DNA of 64,000 nt, taken from positions 1,116,001-1,180,000 of the forward strand of contig AP026123.1 in assembly GCA_030295235.1 (NCBI GenBank). Direction: 5' to 3'. Numbering within the stretch: the stretch's first letter is position 1; the number at the start of each line of letters is the position of its first letter. A model generated the notes under the pieces. It ran no database searches and was not told where the DNA came from. It saw only the letters and a list, made by a program, of their open reading frames with translations. The translations under genes were made by a program, and so were the position numbers. Shown here in pieces: positions 1 through 11,987 of the stretch. The DNA comes from Fistulifera solaris (lineage: Eukaryota).

Positions 1-2
1 GA

Positions 3-278
3 GATCAATGGCAGACTGACGAAGAAGAGAAGTACGGTCTGGGAAAAGTACGGACCACGCAGAAATTCTTCGACGTGTTTGGCATTCATCCCGAGAAGCA
101 CACGGTTGAGCAACACTTATGTCGATTTGTGGGCCAGCCAATGATGAAGGAATTGAAACCGCATTTACGTTCAGATCGCATGGGTATCGACTACAATTCT
201 GTCACGTATCGCTACGTGGACACCGGTTCAGTCAACAACAAACACATTCCAGTAGGGGTGAAGAAGGCTGTGGCGTAG
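3..278 (+). CDS. 3' end of a probable GlcNAc-transferase (Skp1 hydroxyproline GlcNAc-T/Gnt1-like) family protein, truncated by window start
   Basis: Frame open from base 3: DQWQTDEEEKYGLGKVRTTQKFFDVFGIH...HLCRFVG. YGLGxVRTxxxFxxxxGI resembles the C-terminus of this family (recalled, not searched). Confidence 0.5.
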   Translation, partial: DQWQTDEEEKYGLGKVRTTQKFFDVFGIHPEKHTVEQHLCRFVGQPMMKELKPHLRSDRMGIDYNSVTYRYVDTGSVNNKHIPVGVKKAVA

Positions 279-313
279 CAACGGAGCTTTGTAAAAATAT
301 AACCGTCTTAAAG

Positions 314-1818
314 TTAGTCGGCAGGTCGTAATGTTTTCCATATTCCTGTTTTGCTTTCATACCGCATCATGCCTAATGCAACTTGAACCCCCATAAAGGC
401 CGCCAGAGCGTACCATATTTGTCCAAGGCTCACAGTTGCTCCATTGGCCGCATATAAAGTAATCATTCCAACACAAACAACATTCGCCGCCCACATTGCT
501 GTCATGCTGAAGACCCAGTCCAGCCCTCCCATAAGGATTCCGTTTACGGGGTACGCAAGCCCTTTTAAGACCTGTGTCAATAACACGGCTGGGAAAACAG
601 CCAGGGCTGCTTGCTGAACGGCAACGTTCGTGGTCAGGCCCTTGATAACGTTAGCACGTCCAAACCAAGTGAATAGAGATAATGTGGTGGCCACGACGCC
701 TCCAAAGATTGTTGAAGAGTTGATCAAATGTCGTACGAGTTCTCGCTTCGGTTTCTTCTGGGAAATTTGACGAGCCATGAGCGTTTGAACAGCTACCGCC
801 ACGGCTTCACATATCTGGGTGGTAGCAAAGCCCAACTGAAACGTAAGATTGTAAGCCGCGGCCGGTACCGTACCCAACAAGGCAGCCTGACGCGAGCAAA
901 CGGAATAGGCCAAGACTTTCGCAACCGTACGGAACATAACGAGTCCACCGGCTCTCAAGTATTGTTGCAAAGACGTCTTGAGCTGTGCAAATTGTTTGAC
1001 AATGTTGATTGGTACTTTTCGATTGAGCGAAAGCATGAGCGGCACCAAGGCAATGTATTGAGCTAGCGCCGTCCCTGCTGCAGCCCCTGCCGCTCCCCAA
1101 CCAGCAACAAATATAAAGAACGGATCGAAAACAACATTGAGGAGCGTGAAGAGTAGGCTGTAAATCAGAGGCGTCCGTGTATCCCCCAACCCACGAAAGA
1201 TTCCATTGGTGACGAGCCAGAGTGTCGCGGCGGGTGTTCCCAAAGCCCGCACTTGTAAATACGAGACTGCCGAGAACCACATGGGGATGCTGGACCAACG
1301 CCCATACCTTGCGTGATGGCTCGAGCAAAGACGAAGAAAACTAACATTTGAATGATCCCGACACTCCCAGCCAGCAACAACGCACTGCTAACGGCCAAAG
1401 TTTGATCCTCATCTTCGGATGACGCCGCTACCAAGCTAATACTAGTGCGAAGTAAGGGATCGTTGTAAAGTTTGCTGACGGCATATTGCGCACTAACGGC
1501 GACCCCGGCTCCTCCCAAAACCGCTGGACTCAATCGGCCCAGATAAGCCGTGTCCACAATGGCCGCCAAGGGCTCTGCGGCAAGTTGCAGTAAAGCAGGT
1601 ACACCGATTTTGAGAAAATCTTTTGTCAATTCTTTCTTTTCTTGAGCAACGGAATCTGAATCGTCTTGAGCGGTTGCAGTCGGGGTGGCCAAGAGACGCC
1701 TGGACGACAAAGGCGTGTGCAAGCTCTTGTAACGGATCAGAGCCGTTCTTCTCAAGGAGGGCACATACGATTGCTGCAGCGATGGTAATAACAGAAAGAT
1801 CAAAGAAAAGAACAACAT
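314..1818 (-). CDS. MATE family efflux transporter (DinF-like) with N-terminal targeting leader; one homopolymer frameshift near 1283
   Basis: ORFs 1165-1818 and 314-1282 join at GPASP/MWFS (C-run one base short). MATE motifs AAEPLAAIVDTAYLGRL, GIFRGLGDTRTPL, DPFFIF..GWGAAGAAAGT; many TM helices. Confidence 0.9.
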
Positions 1819-2326
1819 TTTTGCTGCAACTAAATAATTTTGCTCGCTAATTGTATTCTATTATTGTCATTCATCTATTGCTTTCATTTATTTGTTTCAC
1901 ATCCGATCTTTCATTCCAATGCATTCATGACTGGACAAGCAGTCGTGCGGGCGTAGAACATACACTTGGGTGTATAGTAATTTTTGAACAAGCACCTTCG
2001 GTCACATTATTCGCCGTAAACAATCGGTGGGTGCATTTCAAAATGAACTAAGGGTAACAGCGTCTCGATTGGAGCAATTTGAGTCAAGAAAGTTGGCAAT
2101 ATCTGGTACGGATATCTAGTAAGTCAAAGAGAACGGAAACACATTCAACGAGCGATTCATTATACTGGAAATTCAGTCGCGGAAGTGGGAACCTACACTT
2201 GGTCTTATAGTAAAATCCTTGCAAAAGCAAAAATTCGAAGAAACAGCCTTTTGGATTTCGCAGAACACGTTGAAGTCTTGTTTAATCATAAATACAATTA
2301 GAATATGCCTATTGATATTTAAAGCA

Positions 2327-3970
2327 TTACAAAGCAATGAATACGATTCCGATTCCGAGAGCAGCAACGAATGAAGTTAACACCTGCTGCAAGCCAAAGG
2401 AACCCCCCTCTTCGTTTACTGGAACTGAACTAGGCTCGTCCGAAGCAGGCTGAGGGGTTGTTGGTTCTCCCGTAGTACCTTCGACTGGCTCCAAAGTGGG
2501 AATGGTAGCGCTAGGAGAAGTAAGATCAGATGTTGGTGCCGGAGTAGCAGTAATCGAAGGCGTGGGTCCACTCGTTTCAGGACCCGAGGACGAGAAGGAA
2601 GGAAAGTCCGAAGACATGGTCACCGCAGGGGAGGGAAAATCCGAGATACCAGTGCTATCAGAACTGGGTGCCATCGTTGCGGGCTGTGTACTTGGATCGC
2701 GTGTAACGCCTCCCTGTTGAGGAACAACAGTAAACGGAGTGTCCACCATAAAGTTCGAGGTCCAGAAATCTGCATCGGCATGCGATAGACCCGGCTCAAC
2801 AGTAGATCCCTCGGGAATTCCAGGGTTAATCACCCGACCCTCAAATATGGGTAATTCATTGTGCAAAATCCAGAATTGGAACGGTCTGTCAAGTTGCATC
2901 AATGCAGGTGCAGTGGGTTCAGGAAGTGATTCAACCACACCGATGGCAGTCACAGCAGCAGCTTCAACGCCTTCCTCATTCACGTCAATGACAGTCTTTT
3001 GAATGATGAAATCAATGAAGGCATCACATGATCCCTCGCGCACACATAAACCACCCACGAACGGAGCGCGCAAATTAAGATTTTGCAGAGCCGTTTCAAG
3101 GCTGGACTCGTATGTTGTTTCGAACTTAAATTTCGGGAGCGCCAATGCAACGCGTGTCATACTGAGCTGGGGCATCGCCGTCACCACTTCCGCCGCCGAA
3201 AGTGATGGAATTTCGCCTTCGACGAGAGAAGCCGCAAAGACCATGGACAGCCCTTGCGTCGTCTCACTGCCACCAAAGAACTCCATTTTCACTATCTGAT
3301 AGTTCGTGACAACAGTATCGGAATACGGGAGGAACTCTACCTTGTGCATGAAATGAGCATCTGTTCCAGCAAAGCTATCCAATGTTGTTTGAAAAGTCAC
3401 AAAAGGAAGTCTCCATGCAGCTTTCAAGTAGATAGAGTTCACAGCAAGAATAATCCATCCCGGATTGACCTCCTGAACAACAGAGTCGATAAGTCCATTT
3501 GTACTATTCGAAACCCATGCGTTGATTGTGTCGGCCGCCGTAGGGTCGCTGAAATCAATAGGTTGTACAAAATCTTGTACCACTGCTTGGTACGTGGAGT
3601 TCAACGCGACGTTGTTGTTGGAGTAAATACGATTGGCGATGCTGACCACTGGATCTTGAAACTCACAGCTTTCACCATCGTAACAGGCTCCCTGATACAA
3701 CGTCGAGACTTCGTTCCCAGCCCAATGTAACTTGGGTTCACTAAAGCCAAACACCGACTCCATCTCCGTCTCGGATTCTCCAGTAGCGCTGGTGTACAAT
3801 AAATCAAACGCCATCGAAATTCCCATAGAAGAGGTGCAATCATTCGTCACCTCCGAGTACATTTCCGCCGAAAGATTGTCACTAAAGGTAATTAACTGCT
3901 CTTCCACCGATCCACGAGCATAGTGGCTGGCGATAACACTCAAGATAAGAATAGAGCGGTCGAACTTCAT
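2327..3970 (-). CDS. Serpin with signal peptide, Ser/Thr/Pro-rich stalk and hydrophobic C-terminus
   Basis: INAWVSNSTNGLI, NSIYLKAAW..PF, LPKFKFE, hinge DVNEEGVEAAAVT, LDRPFQF, IFEGRVINP; about 130-aa S/T/P-rich tail ending in a hydrophobic segment. Confidence 0.92.
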   Translation of the reverse strand: MKFDRSILILSVIASHYARGSVEEQLITFSDNLSAEMYSEVTNDCTSSMGISMAFDLLYTSATGESETEMESVFGFSEPKLHWAGNEVSTLYQGACYDGESCEFQDPVVSIANRIYSNNNVALNSTYQAVVQDFVQPIDFSDPTAADTINAWVSNSTNGLIDSVVQEVNPGWIILAVNSIYLKAAWRLPFVTFQTTLDSFAGTDAHFMHKVEFLPYSDTVVTNYQIVKMEFFGGSETTQGLSMVFAASLVEGEIPSLSAAEVVTAMPQLSMTRVALALPKFKFETTYESSLETALQNLNLRAPFVGGLCVREGSCDAFIDFIIQKTVIDVNEEGVEAAAVTAIGVVESLPEPTAPALMQLDRPFQFWILHNELPIFEGRVINPGIPEGSTVEPGLSHADADFWTSNFMVDTPFTVVPQQGGVTRDPSTQPATMAPSSDSTGISDFPSPAVTMSSDFPSFSSSGPETSGPTPSITATPAPTSDLTSPSATIPTLEPVEGTTGEPTTPQPASDEPSSVPVNEEGGSFGLQQVLTSFVAALGIGIVFIAL

Positions 3971-4383
3971 GGTTGCAGATTGCAGATTTTTAACACCAAT
4001 TGCGATTTGTTAGTTGCCTGGCTTCGTATTCGTGTCGTTTCAATAATATCTTTACTTGAATTATGAGAAGCGACTCGGAACTGTTGCGATGCACGATAGA
4101 GCGGATGGACTTTTGCCAGGACCCCGTTCGGATATTGTTCGTTAACGTCCAAAATACAAATGCAGCAACGGAACAAAGGGTGTTTCACACTATCGCTGCC
4201 GCTGGCCTTTTTTTCGAAACGTGCATTCGAAATGTCACTAACTTATAAACGACTGATTTCGAAATACTCCGTTCCGATCACGTTTTAACCCCAACGTTAT
4301 CCTTGGACCGAACTTATTCTCCGACCAATTGCAAAGTACGGAGTAGAACAAGCTTATTTAGTCTATCTCTATAACAACAACTC

Positions 4384-5598
4384 TTACTTATTGATAGAGA
4401 AAATTCCCATTGGACTTTTCGGTGGTGTGGATGCCACTACTGCAGGAGAGGGTTGTTGGGTTTGCAACAGCAAATGCTGTAACGTCGGCTCGATGCTTGG
4501 ACTCCGTACGCTTTGGCACCCATAGTACGCCATAAGTAGAACACGAGCAAGGTTCCCATTGTAGTGTTCTTGTTCCGGTTGCGTGACGCTGAGCCATTCA
4601 TGAAGCTGCGCCCGCAGTTCGGTGTCACAGTTGCCATACAGCATACGCTCGCGACATGTCTCGTGCAATAATTTGGAGGGAATGCTTTCTAGATCAATAC
4701 CGGCCTGTACAAGAAAATCGTCTGTATCAGAAACTTTGCGTAAATGGTTCACAAATGCACCGCGTACCAAAAAATGTGGAGTCAGCTGGTTGAGTATGCC
4801 ACTGGCCGGTTTGCCAGATATAGCTTGATTCAAGCCCTTAACAATGCATGACGGTACTCCCACCAATTTCTGCTCCGCACGCGTGAAAGGCTCATTTTTA
4901 TACACAAGCGATCGGAAAGGCTGCATGATATCTTCCTGTTGTAGCGGGTTCATCAGTAAGGACTTGGTCTGATTGTAAACCGCCACCAAAGTAGTCTGCT
5001 TGTTCTTTTTTGCCGAGCCTCCAAGGACATTCAAGCTACTTAAAAAGCCACCAGCTGCTTGCGTTTTCGCCTGTCGTTCCAAATTCGCCAATGTACTCAG
5101 TATAGAAACAGTTCGCTCACGGGCAAAACGCTGTGCGGTCGTTTCGTATGTCGTGTCGGCATTTGCCGCATCGTTTTTGAACGTCGACGGCAGCAGATCC
5201 GGATTGAACCACAAAGCATATGGTAAAAAACGAGGCGCTCCCCACATAAGAAAAACCATGTTTAACACTTTCCCTCTATCTTCTTTCCCTTTTTGTAAAA
5301 ATATGTAGTCGTCGAACGAAATCCCTCCTTGAATCGAACTAGCCTTCTTTTGAAGTTCCTTTCGCGTCTCCGGAGCGCCTTGACTTTCCCATCGTTCTAT
5401 ACAACCATCGCGGAAGGATTTTTGCTGCTTACGGATGTCGTTGCATTTTTGATGATTCGTCCACAGCTGCTTACAGCTAGTCGCCGTCTTGACGACCGAG
5501 TCCTTGGCATACGTAGCTACCTGCACAATCACATTTTCGCCGAATACTACAGCCGGCACTAGCACGACTAATTGTAATAAGAAGAGGGGAATTTTCAT
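4384..5598 (-). CDS. Signal-peptide protein, possibly LETM1-like
   Basis: 404-aa ORF with hydrophobic N-terminus; PYALWFNPDLLPSTF resembles the LETM1 PxxLPSTF motif; later CRERML segment. Confidence 0.55.
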   Translation of the reverse strand: MKIPLFLLQLVVLVPAVVFGENVIVQVATYAKDSVVKTATSCKQLWTNHQKCNDIRKQQKSFRDGCIERWESQGAPETRKELQKKASSIQGGISFDDYIFLQKGKEDRGKVLNMVFLMWGAPRFLPYALWFNPDLLPSTFKNDAANADTTYETTAQRFARERTVSILSTLANLERQAKTQAAGGFLSSLNVLGGSAKKNKQTTLVAVYNQTKSLLMNPLQQEDIMQPFRSLVYKNEPFTRAEQKLVGVPSCIVKGLNQAISGKPASGILNQLTPHFLVRGAFVNHLRKVSDTDDFLVQAGIDLESIPSKLLHETCRERMLYGNCDTELRAQLHEWLSVTQPEQEHYNGNLARVLLMAYYGCQSVRSPSIEPTLQHLLLQTQQPSPAVVASTPPKSPMGIFSINK

Positions 5599-6498
5599 AG
5601 TATTCGATGGTTAACGCTGTAGCAATAAATGACGAAGATATCTTGTCAATGTCGCCGTTGACATCGATCGGATAGTTGAAAATGAAAAAGCTTGTTGGAT
5701 GGTTGCAGTTGCAGCCTTCGAGCGGCTGTCACTTTGTCCCAGCGGTAACCGTTGTCATGGATATGGCGCATCACTCATGACTAAAATCCAGTCTTGGACA
5801 AATACGGACAACACTTTAGTGCTATGTGCTATATCAAATTTGCTGCATAATTATCATGATGAGCTTACACGTAAAGCATAGGAGCGAATGAGTTACCTTG
5901 CGTCAAATGCAGTAATTAGTTTAAGGAAAGCAGTTCAGCTTCAATAAATGCATTATCTTGACCCTATGTTGCGTCGAATATGGTCAAGATCACGGTCTTA
6001 TATCGTCGGCTGATGCAAGATCATCCTCTGCAGTAAATGTTTTCCCTTTGAAATTTTCCTGTTGTTACTTAATCGTCTTTCCTTTGAAATGGATTTGCCG
6101 ATGATCGCAAATGTTTATTCGAAGATTGGAATGTGGACGAATCTTCGGGTCTCATTTGTTTTGGCGCGCCGCGCGAAAGGAGACCCGAATGTATGAACGT
6201 GTCGTACAAAGTGCCCACGTGTACCGTTTCCGAAAGAGGCGTTCTCCACCGCACAACCATTTTGAGTGACGACGAACAGACGGTGAGTACACAATTGGCA
6301 GAGTGAAGAAATGACGGCATTGGCCGCGCAAAAATGCGCCGCTTGTTTCTCGTGAAAAAATCTCGAACGAGCGATCCTCCAACGTTTTCCCTCTCCTCGA
6401 TCCAAACGTCGTCTACCTGGTATCGCATGAACCTCCATATTTTTCTGGTCTTGTTGATCAATACAGCAATCAGTTTAGCAGAACACACAAGTACAAGC

Positions 6499-7829
6499 AT
6501 GTCTACCTTTCTTTTTACTTCCGAAAGTGTCAACGAAGGACACCCTGGTACGTTTGTAGTTTCTTCTTTACCGTCGTCGAATTTGCGACCGTTCTCCTTT
6601 CGGCGATCGCGTTCTCCGCATTGGCGTTCTTTGTGTCATTGCTTCTCGTTCATTCAGCCTTTTTCTCACACGATCGTCATTACTATTTCCTTCCCCCTTT
6701 TCCTGCGTATTAATCTTCATTAGACAAGTTCTGTGATCAAGTCTCCGATGCCGTCTTGGATGCTTGCATTGCCGGTGACGAGATGTCTCGTGTTGCCTGT
6801 GAGACCTGCTGCAAGACCGGAATGGTCATGATCTTTGGTGAAATCACTACTTCCTCGACTGTTAACTACGAACAAGTCATCCGTGATGCCATCAAGGATA
6901 TCGGATACGATGATCCGGCCAAGGGCTTTGATTACAAGACCTGCAACGTCATTGTTGCCATTGAGGAACAGTCGCCCGACATTGCCCAGTCCGTCGATGC
7001 CGTCAAGCCCGAAGATATTGGTGCCGGTGATCAGGGTATCATGTTCGGTTACGCCACCGATGAGACCCCGGAACTCATGCCCTTGACGCACGTCTTGGCC
7101 ACCCAAATCGGAGCCAAGCTCACGGAGGTGCGCAAGAACGGAACCTGCGACTGGGTCCGCCCCGACGGAAAGACTCAAGTCACCTGCGAATACAAGTTGG
7201 TCGACGGTGTCCCCGTTCCCCAGCGGGTTCACACGATTGTCATCTCCACGCAGCACTCGGAAGATGTCACCAACGATCAGATCAAGGCCGACTTGATGGA
7301 ACACGTCATCAAGCCCGTCGTCCCCGAAAAGTACTTGGATGACAACACCATCTACCACTTGAACCCCTCGGGCCGATTCGTCATCGGAGGACCTCACGGT
7401 GATGCCGGTTTGACGGGACGAAAGATCATTATTGACACATACGGTGGTTGGGGCGCTCACGGTGGTGGTGCTTTCTCTGGAAAGGACACGACCAAGGTCG
7501 ATCGTTCGGCCGCGTACGCCGCTCGTTGGGTCGCCAAATCCCTCGTTCACGCCAAATTGTGCAAACGCGCCTTGGTGCAATTGAGTTACGCCATTGGTGT
7601 CCCGTACCCCTTGTCCATCTTTGTTGACTCGTACGGAACGGTCAAGGAAGGCATGACCGATGCCGACTTGACGGAAGTCATCAAGAAGAATTTTGACTTG
7701 CGACCGGGATGTATCATTCGCGATTTGAACTTGCGTCGCCCCTTTATGCGCAAAACGGCCGCCTACGGACACTTTGGACGAGATGACCCTGATTTCACCT
7801 GGGAACAGCCCAAGGACTTGAACCTTTAA
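6499..7829 (+). CDS. METK: S-adenosylmethionine synthetase; exons 6499-6547 and 6724-7829
   Basis: Spliced [22 protein letters not shown] across GT-AG intron 6548-6723; signatures GAGDQG and GGGAFSGKD. Confidence 0.98.
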
Positions 7830-8024
7830 AGATTTGCAATAATATAGTCGAATCATTATTATTACTCTTAATACTATCTTAGCGAACTAGTGCTGCTGTT
7901 TCATTAGGCGCAACGAAGGCTCATACGGATAGTACGTAATAGTTCAGATGGAAAAGTGCCGGACTCATCCATTGCGATGTGACGAGTGACGCCTCTTATG
8001 CTTCATGCTTTGTACAAACTTCTT

Positions 8025-8537
8025 TCAATCACTACTGACACTATCTTGCGGAACAAACGGATCACTCGGAGCTTGTAAAACAGCCGCCAGAGCCAACGCA
8101 ATCGCCCCAAACGCCAGGGCAAACAATATATACGCCGTGATCAATGAATCTGTACCCAACACTTGTTTTCCCCGAGAGCTTTTTGGTTGATTGTCTTCTC
8201 CTATCGTAAAAACAACACTATCGGATCCAGTCCCGAAGCTATCACCGACCGCAATGCGTCGCCAAAACTCGACGGTCGCGACGGCAAAGGGAAAGACGCC
8301 CGCCAAAAAGACCAATATAGTTGTTGTCTTATCCAGTGCTTCGACTGGTGGTGGTTCTATTACAGTAGATTGCGGTATTGTAGCAAGAGCTTCCATTAAG
8401 ATAGATTGACAAGTGGATGCTGTCGCGCACACCGAGGTGACGGCATGGTGAACGATGGGTTGAAACGAAGACGCCGAGTTTATGCCAAGCAAGAAAGCTG
8501 CTCCGATGATAGACCGTGCGTTCGCGCTCCTCGTCAT
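8025..8537 (-). CDS. Hypothetical membrane protein, probably plastid-targeted
   Basis: 170 aa; signal peptide followed by ASS-FQP (ASAFAP-like); two hydrophobic helices. Confidence 0.65.
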   Translation of the reverse strand: MTRSANARSIIGAAFLLGINSASSFQPIVHHAVTSVCATASTCQSILMEALATIPQSTVIEPPPVEALDKTTTILVFLAGVFPFAVATVEFWRRIAVGDSFGTGSDSVVFTIGEDNQPKSSRGKQVLGTDSLITAYILFALAFGAIALALAAVLQAPSDPFVPQDSVSSD

Positions 8538-9037
8538 TATTGCGAGTAAAAGTAATAGAATGAGATGACGAACTCTTTGTGCGATTTAGGAAAAATGGAT
8601 TATGATCATAACGTCAAAAGGATTCCAACAAGACACAAGACGAATGACTCACTCGAGAAAGTACAAGGTAATGAGAAAGCAAAAGTTACAGCCGGACGGC
8701 TTGCGGACCACCCGAGTTCTTTCTTTCTTGCTTTTCGTTTCAGTATTAGGAAACGGAACCACCGTTGAGTGCTGCTTGGTACAAAGCACACGATACTTTT
8801 AACGGCCACCAGTCATTTCGGACGAGAAACAAAATGTGTACACGTCAGTGCCGATATTCTCGCAGCCCCGTACATTGAACCGCGGTGTACGCACGGATGC
8901 AGCCGACCCGCCGACTGTGTTTTTGTTTTTTGTTTGGCCTTTGAAACCATCATCTTGTTCCATCCGTCGAGTTCAACATCCACTCTCCTCGTGCTCTATT
9001 GCTGGGGAACAATATATTGCCAATAGAATAATTGAGG

Positions 9038-11561
9038 ATGCGTCTGTCTAGAAACTGCTTATATTTATTAGCTTGTCTTTCGGTGAGTGAACGCAATTCT
9101 TGAGGTGCAAAAGAAGACAAAAAGTAGCTTTCTTCGGAAGGAAAAAGGCAAGGTCACAAGTCGCGGCTTTGCAACGGCTCGTACTTGATGCCGTGGGTCC
9201 TTTGTCGGCATTGAATGCGCATATAGTTTACGCTAGAGGAAACGAAGGCGTGCAAGGCAAATAGTGGATGTCGAAAGGCCAACGGCCGAGTTTGCTCTCT
9301 TGTTGAGGTTCAAATTCCGGGTGCCCAAATTCTGTTTTTCGTTTTCTGTGATAAAAATACAACATGCATTGACTCACACGGTCGTTCTTCCTTCTTTCCT
9401 TCATCACTTTCTTGTCTCTCTTGTTTCTCATAGACAACAACAAGCGCATTTGTGCCGCAACAAGGACACTTCCGACAAAATGCCGTCTTGCGCGCCGAAG
9501 TAGAAGGACCGCCTTATGTCGGCCCTGCTGTCAAACCGATCTTGGACAGCATTGATAGTCCGGCCGATATGAAGCGTCTCGACATGCGACAACTCAAGCA
9601 GCTCGCCCATGAGCTGCGTTGGGAAAACGTTAGAAGCTGTCTCCAAGACGGGTGGTCACTTGAGTAGTAGTTTGGGAGTCAACGAACTCACCGTCGCCTT
9701 GCATTACGTCTTTGATATGCCCGAAGATGACATTATCTGGGATGTCAGTCATCAATGCTACCCTCACAAAATATTGACAGGCCGTCGCCACAGTATGCCC
9801 ACTCTGCGACAAGCCGGAGGCATCTCCGGTTTCTGCAAACGCAAAGAAAGTCCTTACGACTCGTTTGGTGCGGGTCACAGTAGTACCAGTATTAGCGCGG
9901 CGCAGGGCATGAGTGTCGCCAAGAGTATGCTGGGAAAACGCCGCAACAATTGCATTGCCGTCATCGGTGATGGAGCCATTACCGGAGGTATGGCTTATGA
10001 AGCCATGAACAGCGCGGGTTACTTGCGCTCTCGTATGATTGTCATTCTCAATGACAATGGACAAGTCAGTTTGCCGACTGGAACCCCCAGTGCGGGTGGT
10101 ACAGTACCGGCATCCCAGCTGTCGACCTACACTTCCAATTTGTTGGTATCCAAACCGTTCCAGAATTTCCGTGACTTTGCTAAGAGTTTCAATAAACTCT
10201 TGCCCGAACAATTGCAAGATGTGAACAAACGTATCGACGAGTATGCCCGTGGTATGGTGTCCGGTGGTACTTTGTTTGAAGAGTTGGGCTTTTATTACGT
10301 CGGTCCGGTCGATGGTCACGATTTGGACAACATGATCCCTATTCTGGAAAAACTAAGAGACTCCGATAGCAACAAGCCCGTCTTGTTGCATTTGAAAACA
10401 GTCAAGGGCTACGGTTATCCACCAGCGGAACAAGCCAGTGACCGTTTACACGCGGTTGGTAAATTCAATGTAGCAACGGCTGTTCAGCAGAAAACAAAAT
10501 CTATTGCGCCTACCTTCACGTCCATTTTCGCCAACGCGCTGATCGAAGCTGCCACGGAAGATCGCACGATTGTCGGTATTACAGCCGCCATGCCCGGCGG
10601 CACCGGTATGGACATTTTTGGACGTCGTTTCCCTAAACGCACGTTCGATGTCGGTATTGCGGAGCAACACGCTGTCACGATGGCTGCCGGTATGGCCTGT
10701 GAAGGTTTAAAACCGTTTGCTTGCATTTACAGTACCTTCATGCAACGCGGTTACGATCAAGTCGTTCACGATGTTGCCATTCAAAACCTACCGGTTCGAA
10801 TGGTGCTCGATCGTGCCGGTTTTGTGGGTAACGACGGACCCACACATCATGGCTGCTACGATCTTGCCTACCTCGGTTGCATTCCCGGTCTGGTGATCAT
10901 GTCTCCTTCGGATGAAATTGAGTTAAAGAACATGGTGAAGACTCAGGCTGTGACAGATGATGCACCATCTGTGATGCGTTATCCCCGTGGTACTGGTTAC
11001 GGTGCCGAAACGTTGCGTACCCTGTTTGGGTATGAGCTTGAGAAGAACAGCGCCGGCGAGTACGAAATCCCACGCGGTCAAGTGATTCCCATCGGAAAAG
11101 GTCGCGTAGTACGCCGATCAAGCGGCGACCGAGGCAAATCCCGCAAGGACCGTGTTGCTATCCTTTCCTTTGGTACTCGATTGCACGAAGCTCTGGTGGC
11201 TGCTCAACAAGTCGAAGAAGAAGACGAAAGCCTCGGAGTTACCGTCGCCGATGCTCGGTTTATGAAGCCTCTGGATGTCGATTTGGTTCGGGAACTCGCG
11301 GATGAACACAGTGTCTTGATCACTGTGGAAGAGGGTAGCATCGGTGGTTTCGGTGATCACGTCTTGCACTTTTTGACCTTGGACGGACAAATGGACGAGG
11401 GCAACCTAAAATTCAGACCGATGGTGATGCCTGACGCTTACTTTGAGGCGGCCACACAACGCGAACAATACGAAGCCGCTGGCCTGAATGCACGACACAT
11501 TCGTGGCACTATTTTACGTTTGACCAAACGCATAGTTGCACCCCAGTTGCAAGATGTTTGA
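9038..11561 (+). CDS. DXS: 1-deoxy-D-xylulose-5-phosphate synthase, plastid-targeted; exon 9038-9082, intron 9083-9433, extra A near 9625
   Basis: MRLSRNCLYLLACLS/TTTSAFVPQ leader; TGGHLSSSLG, GDGAITGG..NDN (TPP binding), DVGIAEQHA, DRAG..G.DGPTH. Confidence 0.97.
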
Positions 11562-11682
11562 GTCACCCCATGAGCAATTTCCGATAGAAAGCTCAGCGAG
11601 TTGAACGGATGGCCGATTTGATTAGGCATTAGCATATTATAAGCACATTAAAATTTCTAAACACAGTTGTTGATGTATGCTC

Positions 11683-11767
11683 CAGGAAAGGACGTTAAAA
11701 TTCTGCCTCTCAGTACAGGTTTCTACGTAGAGCCTACGGCGAGGCAGAATTTTAACGCCGTTTCCTG
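11683..11767. repeat. 85-bp near-perfect palindrome/hairpin
   Basis: Arms caggaaaggacgttaaaattctgcctc and gaggcagaattttaacgccgtttcctg, centred on ctac|gtag. Confidence 0.85.
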
Positions 11768-11987
11768 TCTCGTTGTTTGACTTGCTGATAACTGTAACCT
11801 TAGTTCCAAATTTCGGATGACGTTCAAATGACGTCAGCAGTTTTGACTTGCGTCATCTCGCACTTCTGGTCTCGCACAAAATCTTTCGAGCGGATCGAAA
11901 GCATGCACAACGGCAGTGTGTTTTAGTTATAATTCGTTCTACTTTACTTTGATTATCTCTTTCTATCGTCAGCTGTCGTCAGTAATA

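Noticed and set aside
6720..7856. 378-aa antisense ORF over METK (and similar antisense ORFs over DXS and others)
   Set aside because: In-register shadow of a strongly codon-biased gene; no independent protein features.
9083..9433. Possible TPP riboswitch in the long DXS intron
   Set aside because: The conserved CUGAGA and downstream aptamer motifs are not visible.
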